From contig NC_043004.1 in assembly GCF_006345805.1 (NCBI RefSeq), positions 10,416,001 to 10,480,000 on the forward strand: a DNA stretch of 64,000 nucleotides. Direction: 5' to 3'. The DNA comes from Octopus sinensis. Taxonomy: Eukaryota. This document shows, piece after piece, positions 53,572-64,000 of this stretch. The notes below the pieces were generated by a model that was given only the letters and a program-made list of their open reading frames with translations, ran no database searches and was not told the origin of the DNA. The first letter of the stretch is position 1. Each line of letters begins with the position of its first letter. The position numbers and the translations under genes were made by a program.

Positions 53572-54297
53572 GTAAATGTTTAGATATGTGAGCACATAGA
53601 TTTATACATACACACACATAAACACACACACACATATGATATATATGTTTAGATATGAATATATGTATGTGTGTTTGTATTTACATAGATGTATGTATGT
53701 GTATGAGTGTGTGTGTTTATGCATGTAATTGTATGTGTGTGCACTGCGATGAATATTAGAAGATTATTGTCTGACTTTGCTTAGAGTTAAGTAAAGATGG
53801 CGGCTTCGTGTTTCCGCTTCCTCACAGTGGAAGTTCACGAAAAACAAAAACCTCTCTATCGATTTATCAGATGTCATTCAGACAAACATTAATCCTCCGT
53901 TTTATCGGTCCTTTCTGCAGCCAAATCTGACACGTCTGCACCACACACACACACACACACACACGCACGCACACACACACACAAACACAAACAAACATGC
54001 ATACACACTCACACATGCATACATACATACATACATATATGAACACGAACACACAGGCACAAGTACACACCGCACACTCATATTTCTATACTTGCAAAGC
54101 CATTCAGACACATAGAAGCACACACACACACACATATATATATATACAGACATATCCCGAGGCATCATACACATGCACTCAGATTTGTAGGGAGGCAAAT
54201 TCGTGAACAAATATACAGAGTGAATGAGAGAGGTACATTCACACATATTCACTAACACACATACTCACACACACACACACACACACCACACACACAC

Positions 54298-54332
<35 letters not shown>

Positions 54333-54899
54333 GTATACACAAGACACATGAATGAATAATCGTAATCTACCATACACAGACATACATACATACACACGCA
54401 TTCACATATACAGATACGCATAAATACATCATGCACGGAAATACGCATTCAGAACAGACGAACACAGACTCTCGCATTATTTGATTGATGCATGACCAAT
54501 ACAAACACACACACACACAAACAAACACGCATGCGCACACGGAGAAAGAACAAATATAACATGATAGAGCCAAATGCACGCTGTTCTTCATTCTCTCTCA
54601 CTTTCTCTCAATCTCGTTTCCGCACAATTCTCTCTCTCTCTCTCTCTCTCTCCCTTCCTGTGTGTCATTCCTTTTCTGTATATCACACTCCCTTAATATA
54701 TCGCTCTTCTACAATCTTGCATTGCTAGGCCCTCCTCCTATTCCATTTCAGAACGGCAACCGGATATTAACCATTCTTTCGTCTTGTAAGTGGTTTGTAA
54801 GACCTAACAATTACCACAAGGGGTATATCTTGTTCATAAAAATGGGAGCCTTTCTCTCCTGACCTGCATCATGAACTGCATCAGAATGATGAAGACGAC

Positions 54900-55395
54900 G
54901 GGGGGGGGGGGGGTGATGGTGTTGCTAATGGAGATAATAGTGACGATGATGATGGGGGTGATGGTGAGGATAACGATGACATTGATGATGATGATGATGA
55001 TGATGATGTGATGATGATGATGATGATGATGATGATTGTGATATGCATGTAGTTGCTGATTAGTGTGGCGTTGATTCACTTGATTATTATTGCGCTGTGT
55101 AGTAAATGATGATGATGATGAGGATGATGATGGTGGTGGTGATGCTGCTGCTGCTACTGCTGCTGATGAGGAAGATGATGTTAACGCCGATGATTTTGAT
55201 GATGATGAAGATGGTGATGGCGATGATCGTGATGGCGATGATGGTGGTGATGATGACGATGATGGTGGTGGTGTTGATGATGATGATGCTGACGCCGATG
55301 ATGATGATGATCATGATGATGACAATTATGGTGATGATGATGATGATGGTGATGGCGATGATGATGATGATGATGACTATGATAATTGTGATGAT
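54900..55395. repeat. Degenerate (GAT/GGT)n trinucleotide tract
   Basis: Direct reading. Confidence 0.9.
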
Positions 55396-55570
55396 GAAAC
55401 GCTATACAGCCATTGCCATCTTGTCATTTTAAGGCGAATCTGGGACTACCTTGTCTGATGCATTCTTCCTTTTAAGATGATGGGAGTGTAATGTGAGGGT
55501 ACCTGCAAATCGATTGACCACGCAGAGTGTACAATCGTCGAGTCGTTATTAATGCTGATAATAATGGTAT

Positions 55571-55943
55571 TCTTTAATTCCTTTACTTGTTTCAGTCATG
55601 TGACTGCGGCCATGCTGGAGCACCGCCTTTAATCGAACGAATCGATCCCAGATCTTATTCTTTGCAAACCCAGTACTTATTCTAATCTCTTTTGCCGAAC
55701 CGCTAAGTAACGGGGACGTAAACACGCCAACATCGGTTGTCAAGCGATGGTGAGGATGGGCAAACGCAGACACACAAACATATATATACAACGGGCTTCT
55801 TTCACTTTTCGTCTATCAAATCCACTCACAAGGTTTTGGTCCGAGGCTATAGCAAAAGACACTTATCCAAGGTGCCACGCAGCGGGACTGAACCCAGAAC
55901 CATGTAGCTGGTAAGTAAGCTATTTACCACGCAGCCATTCCTG
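55571..55943 (-). mobile_element. SINE family A
   Basis: Colinear with the reverse complement of 4531-4938. Confidence 0.9.
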
Positions 55944-56009
55944 AAATTAAAGTTACCTCAGCTACTGCCGATGAGAGTCATCACGCTGCTGTTGCTATAG
56001 TTGCAGCTG

Positions 56010-56177
56010 TCTCTTCTTCTTCTCTTCTTCTTCTTCTTCTTCTTCTTCTTCTTCTTCTTCTTCTCTTCTTCTCTTCTTCTCTCTTCTTCTTCTTCTTCTT
56101 CTTCTTCTTCTTCTTCTTCTTCTTCTCTTCTTCTTCTTCTTCTTCTGTCTTCTTCTTCTTCTTCTTCTTCTTCTTCT

Positions 56178-56208
<31 letters not shown>

Positions 56209-56260
56209 TTCTCTTCTTCTTCTTCTTCTCTTCTTCTTCTGTCTTCTTCTTCTTCTTATC
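56010..56260. repeat. (TTC)n polypyrimidine tract
   Basis: Direct reading. Confidence 0.95.
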
Positions 56261-56539
56261 AGGACTCACGCCATTAGCCACAAGAATAATCTCTAATTCG
56301 AGCTACTCTAAGCTACTAAGAACGCATGTGGCAAATTGAAGATCCACGCACCACACGCGATATAGACTGGCGGTTGCACGGTCGCGAAAGCTACGTTGTA
56401 TCCTCATTCCGTAAACGGTGGCTTTTAACGGGCGGAGAGCTGAATATCCTGGGGCACAGAGGATTCGCAATCTAGACTAGGGTCTGAAAGTTTACCACAT
56501 CATAGTGAGTTACACCATGGTTCCTCTGCTTTGTGGCAG

Positions 56540-56705
56540 AAGTAGGAAGAAAGAGTGAAAATTGTGGTGAAAGAGTACTGCAGGGTTCACCCCCCCCCCT
56601 CCCGCCGGAGCCACGTGCAGCTTAGGCGTTTTTGCTCAATAAACACTCAAAATGCCCGATCTGGGAATCGAAAACGTTCTTACGACACGAGTCCCCTGCC
56701 CTAAC
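56540..56705 (-). mobile_element. SINE family C
   Basis: Inverse of 46081-46260 (GAAAGAGT...GCCGGAGCCACGTG...GCTCAATAAACAC). Confidence 0.7.
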
Positions 56706-56709
56706 AATT

Positions 56710-56927
56710 TTTTATTGCCCACAAGGGCTAACATTAGAAGGGAAAAACAAGGACAGCATAGTATTAAGTGATTACATCGACCCCAGTGCGTAACTGGTAC
56801 TTAATTTATCGACCTCGAAAGGGATGAAGGTAAAGTCGACCTCGGCGGAATTGAATCACAACGTACGGCAGACAAAATACATGATAGCGTTGTTAGATTT
56901 CGCCCGACGTGCTAACGTTTCTACCAC
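56710..56927 (-). mobile_element. SINE family B
   Basis: CATCGACCCCAGTGCGTAACTGGTACTTAATTTATCGACC core. Confidence 0.85.
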
Positions 56928-57790
56928 CGTTGTGCTGGGTGGTTGTGCTGTAGCTGTTTTTTACTGCGTGTCCTGCTATTACAGTTCATATTGCCGTTGC
57001 CGCTACCTCCACCATCTTCGCTACTGAGATGTATTAAGTTGGACAAGTTGTTCGCATTCTTCCAACAACAGCTCTTATAGTTTAGTTAGGGTGCTGCGTC
57101 TGACGATGAGTATGCAGTCGTTGAGACTGCAACGTAACAGAGAATCACTGGACAACGATGAATGTGACCGTAACGATGGCTACAGTAGAGAGAGAAGCGA
57201 TTATTAACCCTGCAGATGTCCCTCTGTAGCTTGTTAACAGAGTTCTGTAACATGTACACCGCGTTTGGAGGTTTGGCAGGTGCAACATATGCCTGTTGCA
57301 CATTGCACTCTAAATCAGATCGAAACTACAGCCAATGCAGCGTCTTTTACTCATTAAGAGTTTTCGGATGATGACCATAAAGTCGTGGGTTCAAGACCTA
57401 GATAGGGTCCCCAAATTCTGTCCTTGAACCAGGTACTTCATTCCATGGTATTCCAGCCTATTCAACCTCCTATCACATTATCGACGTTCCTCTGGCCCAC
57501 AGGTGGATGGGTGGGCTGAGGAGGCATCTATGACTGCTCTCAACCCCATATTTACCTAAAACATTCAGTGAGATGCTAATGCAAACTACAAACTATCGTC
57601 ACGCGTGTGTGATAGCTAAGCTTTTAAGCTAAGCATTATAAAGAGGATAAGCGGAAACGCGGAGAGTCAATCTCCGTCGGAGAAGAATGTTTGAACAGTG
57701 TGTTATGTAGAAGACTTTCTGTGATGATTTCGGACAATTATTTACATTCTTTACATTTGACGGATATTTATCCTCATCTTGTGTGTTGTT

Positions 57791-57836
57791 AACACAACGT
57801 TTCGGCTGATATACCCTCCAGCCATCATCAGGTGTC
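57791..57836 (-). ncRNA. Minimal type-I hammerhead ribozyme
   Basis: GACAC-CTGATGA-T-GGCTG-(10 nt)-CAGCC-GAA-ACGT-T-GTGTT: stem I 5 bp, stem II 5 bp, palindromic ACGT stem III, predicted GUU cleavage triplet. Confidence 0.7.
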
Positions 57837-57850
57837 TTGGGGAAATTTCA

Positions 57851-57895
57851 AACCTGATGAAGGCTGGAGGGTATATCAGCCGAAACGTTGTGTTA
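57851..57895 (+). ncRNA. Second hammerhead core in the right arm, stem I partly lost
   Basis: CTGATGA-A-GGCTG-(10 nt)-CAGCC-GAAACGT-T-GTGTT; the upstream stem I strand is replaced by spacer sequence. Confidence 0.5.
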
Positions 57896-58486
57896 ACAAC
57901 AAACAAGATGAGGATGAATATCCGTCAAATCTAAATAATGTAAATAATGTACATAATTCCTCATCTATTAAATATAGAACTGTATTTCGGACAATTCCCC
58001 AAAATATTTGGTCTGGTATTTTTACACAGAATTCATTCCTACCGGAGTGAAATGTACAGGTATAAGTGTTGGAGTTACCGGCAACTGAATATTCAAAGAT
58101 GTGCTGCTGTAAAAGAAGATTGCCACATTTTGTTGAGGTTCCTGTTCATAGAGTTTTGAAGTCGAAGGCCAAGTCACATCTTTATAGCCAAATCAAGTTT
58201 ACTCTCTGTAAGTACAACGAGTGCAATCAGCATCTGTGAAGAACTGGCGAATGGTGTTCATCAGTTTTTCCTGCTTAATGTCTTGTATTTTGTGAATGGT
58301 TTCGACATTGATTTCTAGGAGGCGAAATCACTGATATTCAGAATTTCCAGTAGATGCGAGATTGATAAGGGACTAATTTTGACATATGAAAAAAGCATTT
58401 GCAGAGTGCGGCGGCAGTAACGTACTCCTTTCATCAATGTTTGTTGGCGAAATAAAGAGAAATACATACATGCCTACATACTTATG

Positions 58487-59035
58487 TATCAGGCTGAGTA
58501 AAAAGGAAGCAACGTTTTGAAACATGAAATTCATCGCAATATATTTCAACAAAGCGAAAATTTTATTCATTAAAATACCATTACAATCAACACATTTTTG
58601 CCAACGAGTTACAATTTTGTTTATTCCAGTAACAGAAACATTTGGAGTCTGGGGTTGATGAACTCTTTGAACGCACTTTCAGCATCGATTTGAGTTTTGA
58701 ACTCCTCTCGCAGGAAACCATCAGTGTACTTGAAAAAGTGGTATTCGGAAGGAGAAAGGTCTGGGGTATAAGCTGGGTGGGGAAGAAATTCGTAGCCATT
58801 TTCCCCTAACTTCTGGATCATCATTAGTGAAACATGTGGTCGAGCATTTTCATGAAGAATGATTAGCCCTCTTCTGTTGTCCAGTCTGAGACTGAGGGGT
58901 AGTAGTTTTTCGTTAATTTTGGCAGTATTCTCAGATAATTGCAAAGAAAATGCTAAAAAAATAAAGAACTTTGCAAAAATCCGGTACGAATTCTTCGTGT
59001 TTCAAAACGTTGCTTACTTTTTACTGAACCTGATA
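58487..59035 (-). mobile_element. Internally deleted mariner with both TIRs and TA ends (549 bp)
   Basis: TATCAGG(C/T)T(G/C)AGTAAAAAG(G/T)AAGCAACGTTTTGAAACA is inverted at both ends; interior encodes HENARPH...HPAYTPDLSPSEYHFF. Confidence 0.9.
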
Positions 59036-59044
59036 CACAGACGC

Positions 59045-59235
59045 GCATACATAACCATACATACATACATACATACATACATACATACATACAGACATAC
59101 ATACAGACATACAGACATACATACAGACATACAGACATACATACAGACATACAGACATACATACAGACATACAGACATACATACAGACATACATACAGAC
59201 ATACATACATACATACATACATACATACATACATA
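59045..59235. repeat. (CATA/CAGA)n tetranucleotide array with higher-order pattern
   Basis: Direct reading. Confidence 0.9.
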
Positions 59236-59261
59236 CACGTGTGTGTATATATATATATATT

Positions 59262-59491
59262 TCTTTATTACCTACAGGGGGCTAAACATAGAGGGGACAA
59301 ACAAGGACAGACAAGGAGATTAAGTCGATTATATCGACCCCAGTGCGTAAGTGTTACTTTTTTTTAAATCGAGCTCGAAAGGATGAAAGGCAAAGTCGAC
59401 CTCGGCGGAATTTGAACTCACAACGTAACGGTAGATAAAATACCGCTAAGCATTTCGCCCGGCGTGCTAACCATCGTGCCAACTCGCCGCC
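59262..59491 (-). mobile_element. SINE family B, full length
   Basis: Tail, core and head all present. Confidence 0.9.
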
Positions 59492-60329
59492 CCAGCGAAT
59501 TATACATGTATGTCAATGTGTTGATGTATAACGACGTATTTCCATATCCAATTTACGTTTAAGATATTTCACAAACAAAACCTTGCCAAACCCGAATTAT
59601 GGTAAGATGGCATTTACCAATAGTGTGCCGCACAGTTAATCAAACTGGTTGAAATTTGTGGACAGAGCTCTGACAAAGAACTCAAATAAGACTATGCTGG
59701 GGATTTATAAATTCAAATAGATGATGTACCGAATGACGTACGCAAAACTATCATAAAAACAAATTGAAATGTGTCGCTTAATATTGTTTACTTGAATCAT
59801 TAATACAAAATTCTAAAAACGCACGCGTAAACACACTTATTACTACGCACATCGTGACACATACATAAATACATACATAATTTTACATACACATAAATAC
59901 ACTCAAAAATACTTAGTTCGGTTGGTATAATGGAATACAGTATTGTATGCGATACTATTTTTATCTATGTCTGTAAATATCTATGATCATATCGATCTAT
60001 CTCTCAATCTATCGATCTTTTCATCTGTTAAACTTTTGTTTATTCATTCACATCTGTCTCTCTGTCCCTCTCTGTCTGTCTCTCTCTCTTCCTCTCTCTA
60101 CCTAAACTTCAGAACTTTTCGTGTTGATTGAATATATTTATGACAGGGGTTTCTTAACTATTGCTGATATATACTAATTGCTAAACAAAGCGTAATTCAG
60201 GAGGGTCTGCTCTGAGTGCAAACCTACTAACATTTATCTACTTATACAGTAAAATCCACCACAAGGTCCAGTGTGGTAGACTGCTGCCTCAATGACCCCG
60301 AGAGATATGCCTGCGGAGCACAAGCTAAT

Positions 60330-60682
60330 GGTAAAGCTTCCCTTACTGGAGACGTCAAAGATTAAAAGCCAGATTATATTGGATCACTTCTTCCCGGACA
60401 TAAAATTGCTTTTGCGAAGGGACAACAGCCCCCACCTTGAGAAACGAAAGCTAAGTTACCGAAGCGTCCACAATACAAAAGCATTAATAATCTCCGGGGC
60501 TAAGAAAAGAGGCTGACCTAAAGATGCCCTAAAAATTGGTGGAGGCGAGATATTGAGGCAGAGCTAAAAAAGCAGGTGTCTAACCGGAGAGAAGTAGAAG
60601 AAACAGCTTAGACTCTAGAGAACAGTACAGGACAGACGTCGATGGCCTATGTCCCATTGGGATGGAAGGGCTTGAGTAAATA
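60330..60682 (+). pseudogene. RTE-clade LINE 3' end relic
   Basis: PGAKKRG*PK...WRRDIEAELK...VDGLCPIG resembles the RTE motif GKRKRGRPKxTWRR...ALC. Confidence 0.6.
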
Positions 60683-60977
60683 ATTAGCATATTAGCATAA
60701 CATAATATATATATAGAGAGAGAAATATAATTATTTCAAAATCTCTCAAAGAGAGACATTCAGTAACAGTTCTTTAAAGTAATGGATATTTTCCAACATA
60801 ATGTGGCTGTTCCGAAAGGGGCGAACTTACTGTTGTTTCAGCCCTAAGAATCATCGTATCTGATAGTGTGTTGTTAAGCGAGCTAGAAATGATGTTTCTT
60901 GGAGCTAAAATAACAGTAACATTGTCCCTTTCAGGACAGCCACATTATGTTGGCAAGGACTACCACATTGACGGATG

Positions 60978-61320
60978 TAGTCGAACAAATCGACCCCAGG
61001 ATTCCTTTTTTTTTAAGCTTGGTACTTATTCTATCGGTGTCTTTTGCTAAACCGCTAAGTTACGGAGACGTACACACACCAATACCGGTTGTGAAGCGGT
61101 AGTAGGTGGGGAAGGAACCAAAAAAACAGAAACAAAGGCACACTCACCTACAGATATATACATATACGACGGGCTTCTTCTAGTTTCCATCTACCAAATC
61201 AACTCAAAAGTCTTTGTTCGGCCCAAGGCTATAGTAGAAGACACTTGCGCAAGGTGTCACGCAGTGGGACTGAACCCGGAACCATGTGGTTCGTAAGTAA
61301 GTTTCTCACCACACAGCCAC
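60978..61320 (-). mobile_element. SINE family A
   Basis: GGCTATAGTAGAAGACACTTGC...GGGACTGAACCCGGAACCATGTGG...ACACAGCCAC. Confidence 0.85.
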
Positions 61321-61386
61321 ATCTCTCTCTCTCTCTCTTTCTCCTCTCTCTCTCTCTCCCTCTCTCTCTCTCTATATATATATATA

Positions 61387-61425
<39 letters not shown>

Positions 61426-62104
61426 CGTGTGTGCGTGGTGTGTGGTGTGTGTATACAATCTTATTACACTTGTTTGTTTGCACGTATGTATGCATACACG
61501 CACGCACGTACACACACACACACACACACACATATATACACACATACATTGAACTACGTTGGAAGACTGATGTCGGTTTAACGTAAATAGTAATGTCGCC
61601 TTTTATCCTCGTGTCCGTTAAATTGCCATATTAGTCAAGTACTGACGTTGTCATTGGCCCGACTACAGAACTCTGTTACAATATATACATTTTGCTTGTA
61701 GTTCTCTATAATATCGTTGCAATGTACGTTGTACGTCGGTTCATATTCAGACAATTACAAACACAAATACGGACACACACACACACAAGTGCGGACACAC
61801 ACACACACACACACACACACACCATACATACACACTCATTAACACACACGCACATTTATATATGTATAGATACAATAGAGTTGTCTCTTTTCTTAAACTT
61901 GCTTCAGCCACTAGACGGCGGCCATGATGTGACACAGTCTTTGAAATGTTTAGCGGAACACATTCATTCCAATGTTTATTTTAAAGCCTAGTGCTTATTC
62001 TTCGGAGACGTAAACAAACGACCACCGGTTGTCAAGTGCAGGTGGTGTACAGAGAACCATACACACACACGCGCGCACACACATGGACACACACGAACAT
62101 ACAT

Positions 62105-62418
62105 ATGGCATGGCTCTCCGTCGTTTATGACGAAGAGTGTTCCACTTGATACGGTCTACGGAATAGTTTGCTTGTGAAATTAACATGCAAATGACTGAGT
62201 ATTCCACAGATGCGTGAACCCTTAACGTCGTTCACATGGCGATTCAGAATGTGAGGAGGTTGGCTCTTTGAATTACAAGTACAACTGAATGGACTGAGTG
62301 GACTGGGGCAACGTGAAATAAGGTGTGTTGCTTAAGGACACAATGCGCTCACGGGAATCGAGCTCATAAACTTACGATCGAGAGCCGAATACCGTAACCA
62401 CTAGGCCACACGCCTTCA
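62105..62418 (-). mobile_element. SINE family C/D, with 3' part
   Basis: Inverse tRNA head GGGAATCGAGCTC...TAACCACTAGGCCAC at 62350-62410. Confidence 0.65.
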
Positions 62419-63358
62419 CTGCATACATATATACACGATGGGCTTCAACAAGTTTCCTTCGCAAAATCACTCACAAGACATCGTTCGCCCAGAGTTTGTA
62501 GCAGAAGACACTAAAGCGGACGAAAATCACGTGGCTGAAATGAGAACTCCTTAACCACAAATTCACCGTACTCACACAGGCACACACACGCACACACACA
62601 CACATTACATGCACAAACACACAAGACAGGTGGTCGTAGTTGGAATGCCTTTGATTATAGGTTCTGCTCGTTCAGGCAAGACCTGGAGCCAAATAAAAAG
62701 AGCAACAAGAAAAAGATTAACCTTGCCCCGACCACATCTTTCTTCCACACAAATCGAGGACATGACTTGGCTTTCAGCGGCGATGAGTGACATATATTGC
62801 TGATGGTGACAGGAACAGTGTAGCTAATGGTTACGGTGGTGGTGGTTGTGGTGGAGGATGGGTGTGTGGCTGTAGTGGTGAAGGTTGTGGTTGCGGTGGA
62901 GATTGTGGTAGTGGTTGTAGTTGTGTTGGTGGTGATGGTGTTGGCGGTGGGTCAATTTCTTGACGTGAAAATTTATTTATATTTTCTGGAGCGACGTTGT
63001 TTCCTCTTATATTTTCCTTTTAATGTGCTGGTTGTTTGTTTACGGTGGCTGTTTGTTTATGGACTGTGTGCGTAGATGTTGGAACACACACACACACACA
63101 CACGCACGCACACACACACACCACACACACACACCACACACACACACACAACACACACACAACACACACACACCACACACACACACACAACACACACACA
63201 CACAACACACTATGTTTGCGTGCGTCCGTGCGTGTGCATAAGTTTGAGAGTGTGTTTGTATTTACGAAAGAATAGTGTCTGCGTGACTTTGGTTACCAGT
63301 ACAGGAAAATTCCTTTCAGCGTGTATTCTAATAAACGTATATGATGGAGTCCTCGTTG

Positions 63359-63393
<35 letters not shown>

Positions 63394-63548
63394 TGCGTGT
63401 GTGTGTATGCTTGCGTGTGTGTGTGTGTGTGTGTGTGTGTTTGTGCGTGTGTGAGTGTGTGAGTGTGGGTGTGCGTGTTTATAGTATACATTATATGTAC
63501 TGGGGTTTTGTCTATGTCTGATTGCGTGTGGAAATATATATATTAATA

Positions 63549-63591
<43 letters not shown>

Positions 63592-64000
63592 TATATATAT
63601 ACCATATCTACACATAGAAGATGAATTTGTATGTATACGCTGTGTAATTGTGTGTTCTGGTGTATGCATGTCTGTACATTACATCTTATGTGTGTCTGCA
63701 TCTCCTGCCGTTCATTTTATATACGTATATGTATATATATATATATACATACATATATGTTTGTGACAATCTGTGATAAGGCGAACTTCGTGACATTTGA
63801 AACATACACACAGGCCCGCACGCACGCACACACACACAAACGCACACACACACACACACACTCATACACAAACTTATACTGGCACACACCACTCACCTAC
63901 ACACTCAGGGGTTTACACACACATACAAATTACCGATCATATCTCTGGATGACACGTTCAGAATGTATACATATTGTATATGTCAACGCTCAGACACTCC

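Larger units (their letters stand above)
57741..57990. mobile_element. Penelope-like element terminal relic forming an inverted repeat
   Basis: Arms 57741-57832 and 57853-57944 with about 5 mismatches and a 20-bp spacer; each arm has a hammerhead core. Confidence 0.75.

Overview
AT-rich, microsatellite-dense eukaryotic DNA with no host protein-coding exon that I can support. The repeat families match my recollection of octopus (cephalopod) genomic repeats; this assignment is an inference. Almost all long ORFs in the supplied track are microsatellite artefacts. Real content: many tRNA-derived SINEs of three or four families, LINE relics (one young, intact CR1/L2-group 3' fragment, RTE relics), a pogo/Passer-type DD35D transposon next to a Tc1 fragment, three mariner relics, a hAT transposase relic, several MITEs, a Helitron-like 5' end and a possible gypsy-type integrase relic. 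The most unusual items are: (1) a 1.85 kb modular fold-back array at 41526-43350 alternating 10-bp-period GC blocks of about 150 bp with A4T4-rich blocks; (2) a Penelope-type inverted repeat at 57741-57944 encoding a minimal hammerhead ribozyme in each arm; (3) a degenerate array at 47205-47977 with about 14 TTCCNGGAA palindromes; (4) two matching ACTCGGGCT-N10-AGCCCGA sites at 5880 and 6128; (5) a 204-bp near-spacerless AT-rich palindrome at 39522-39725.
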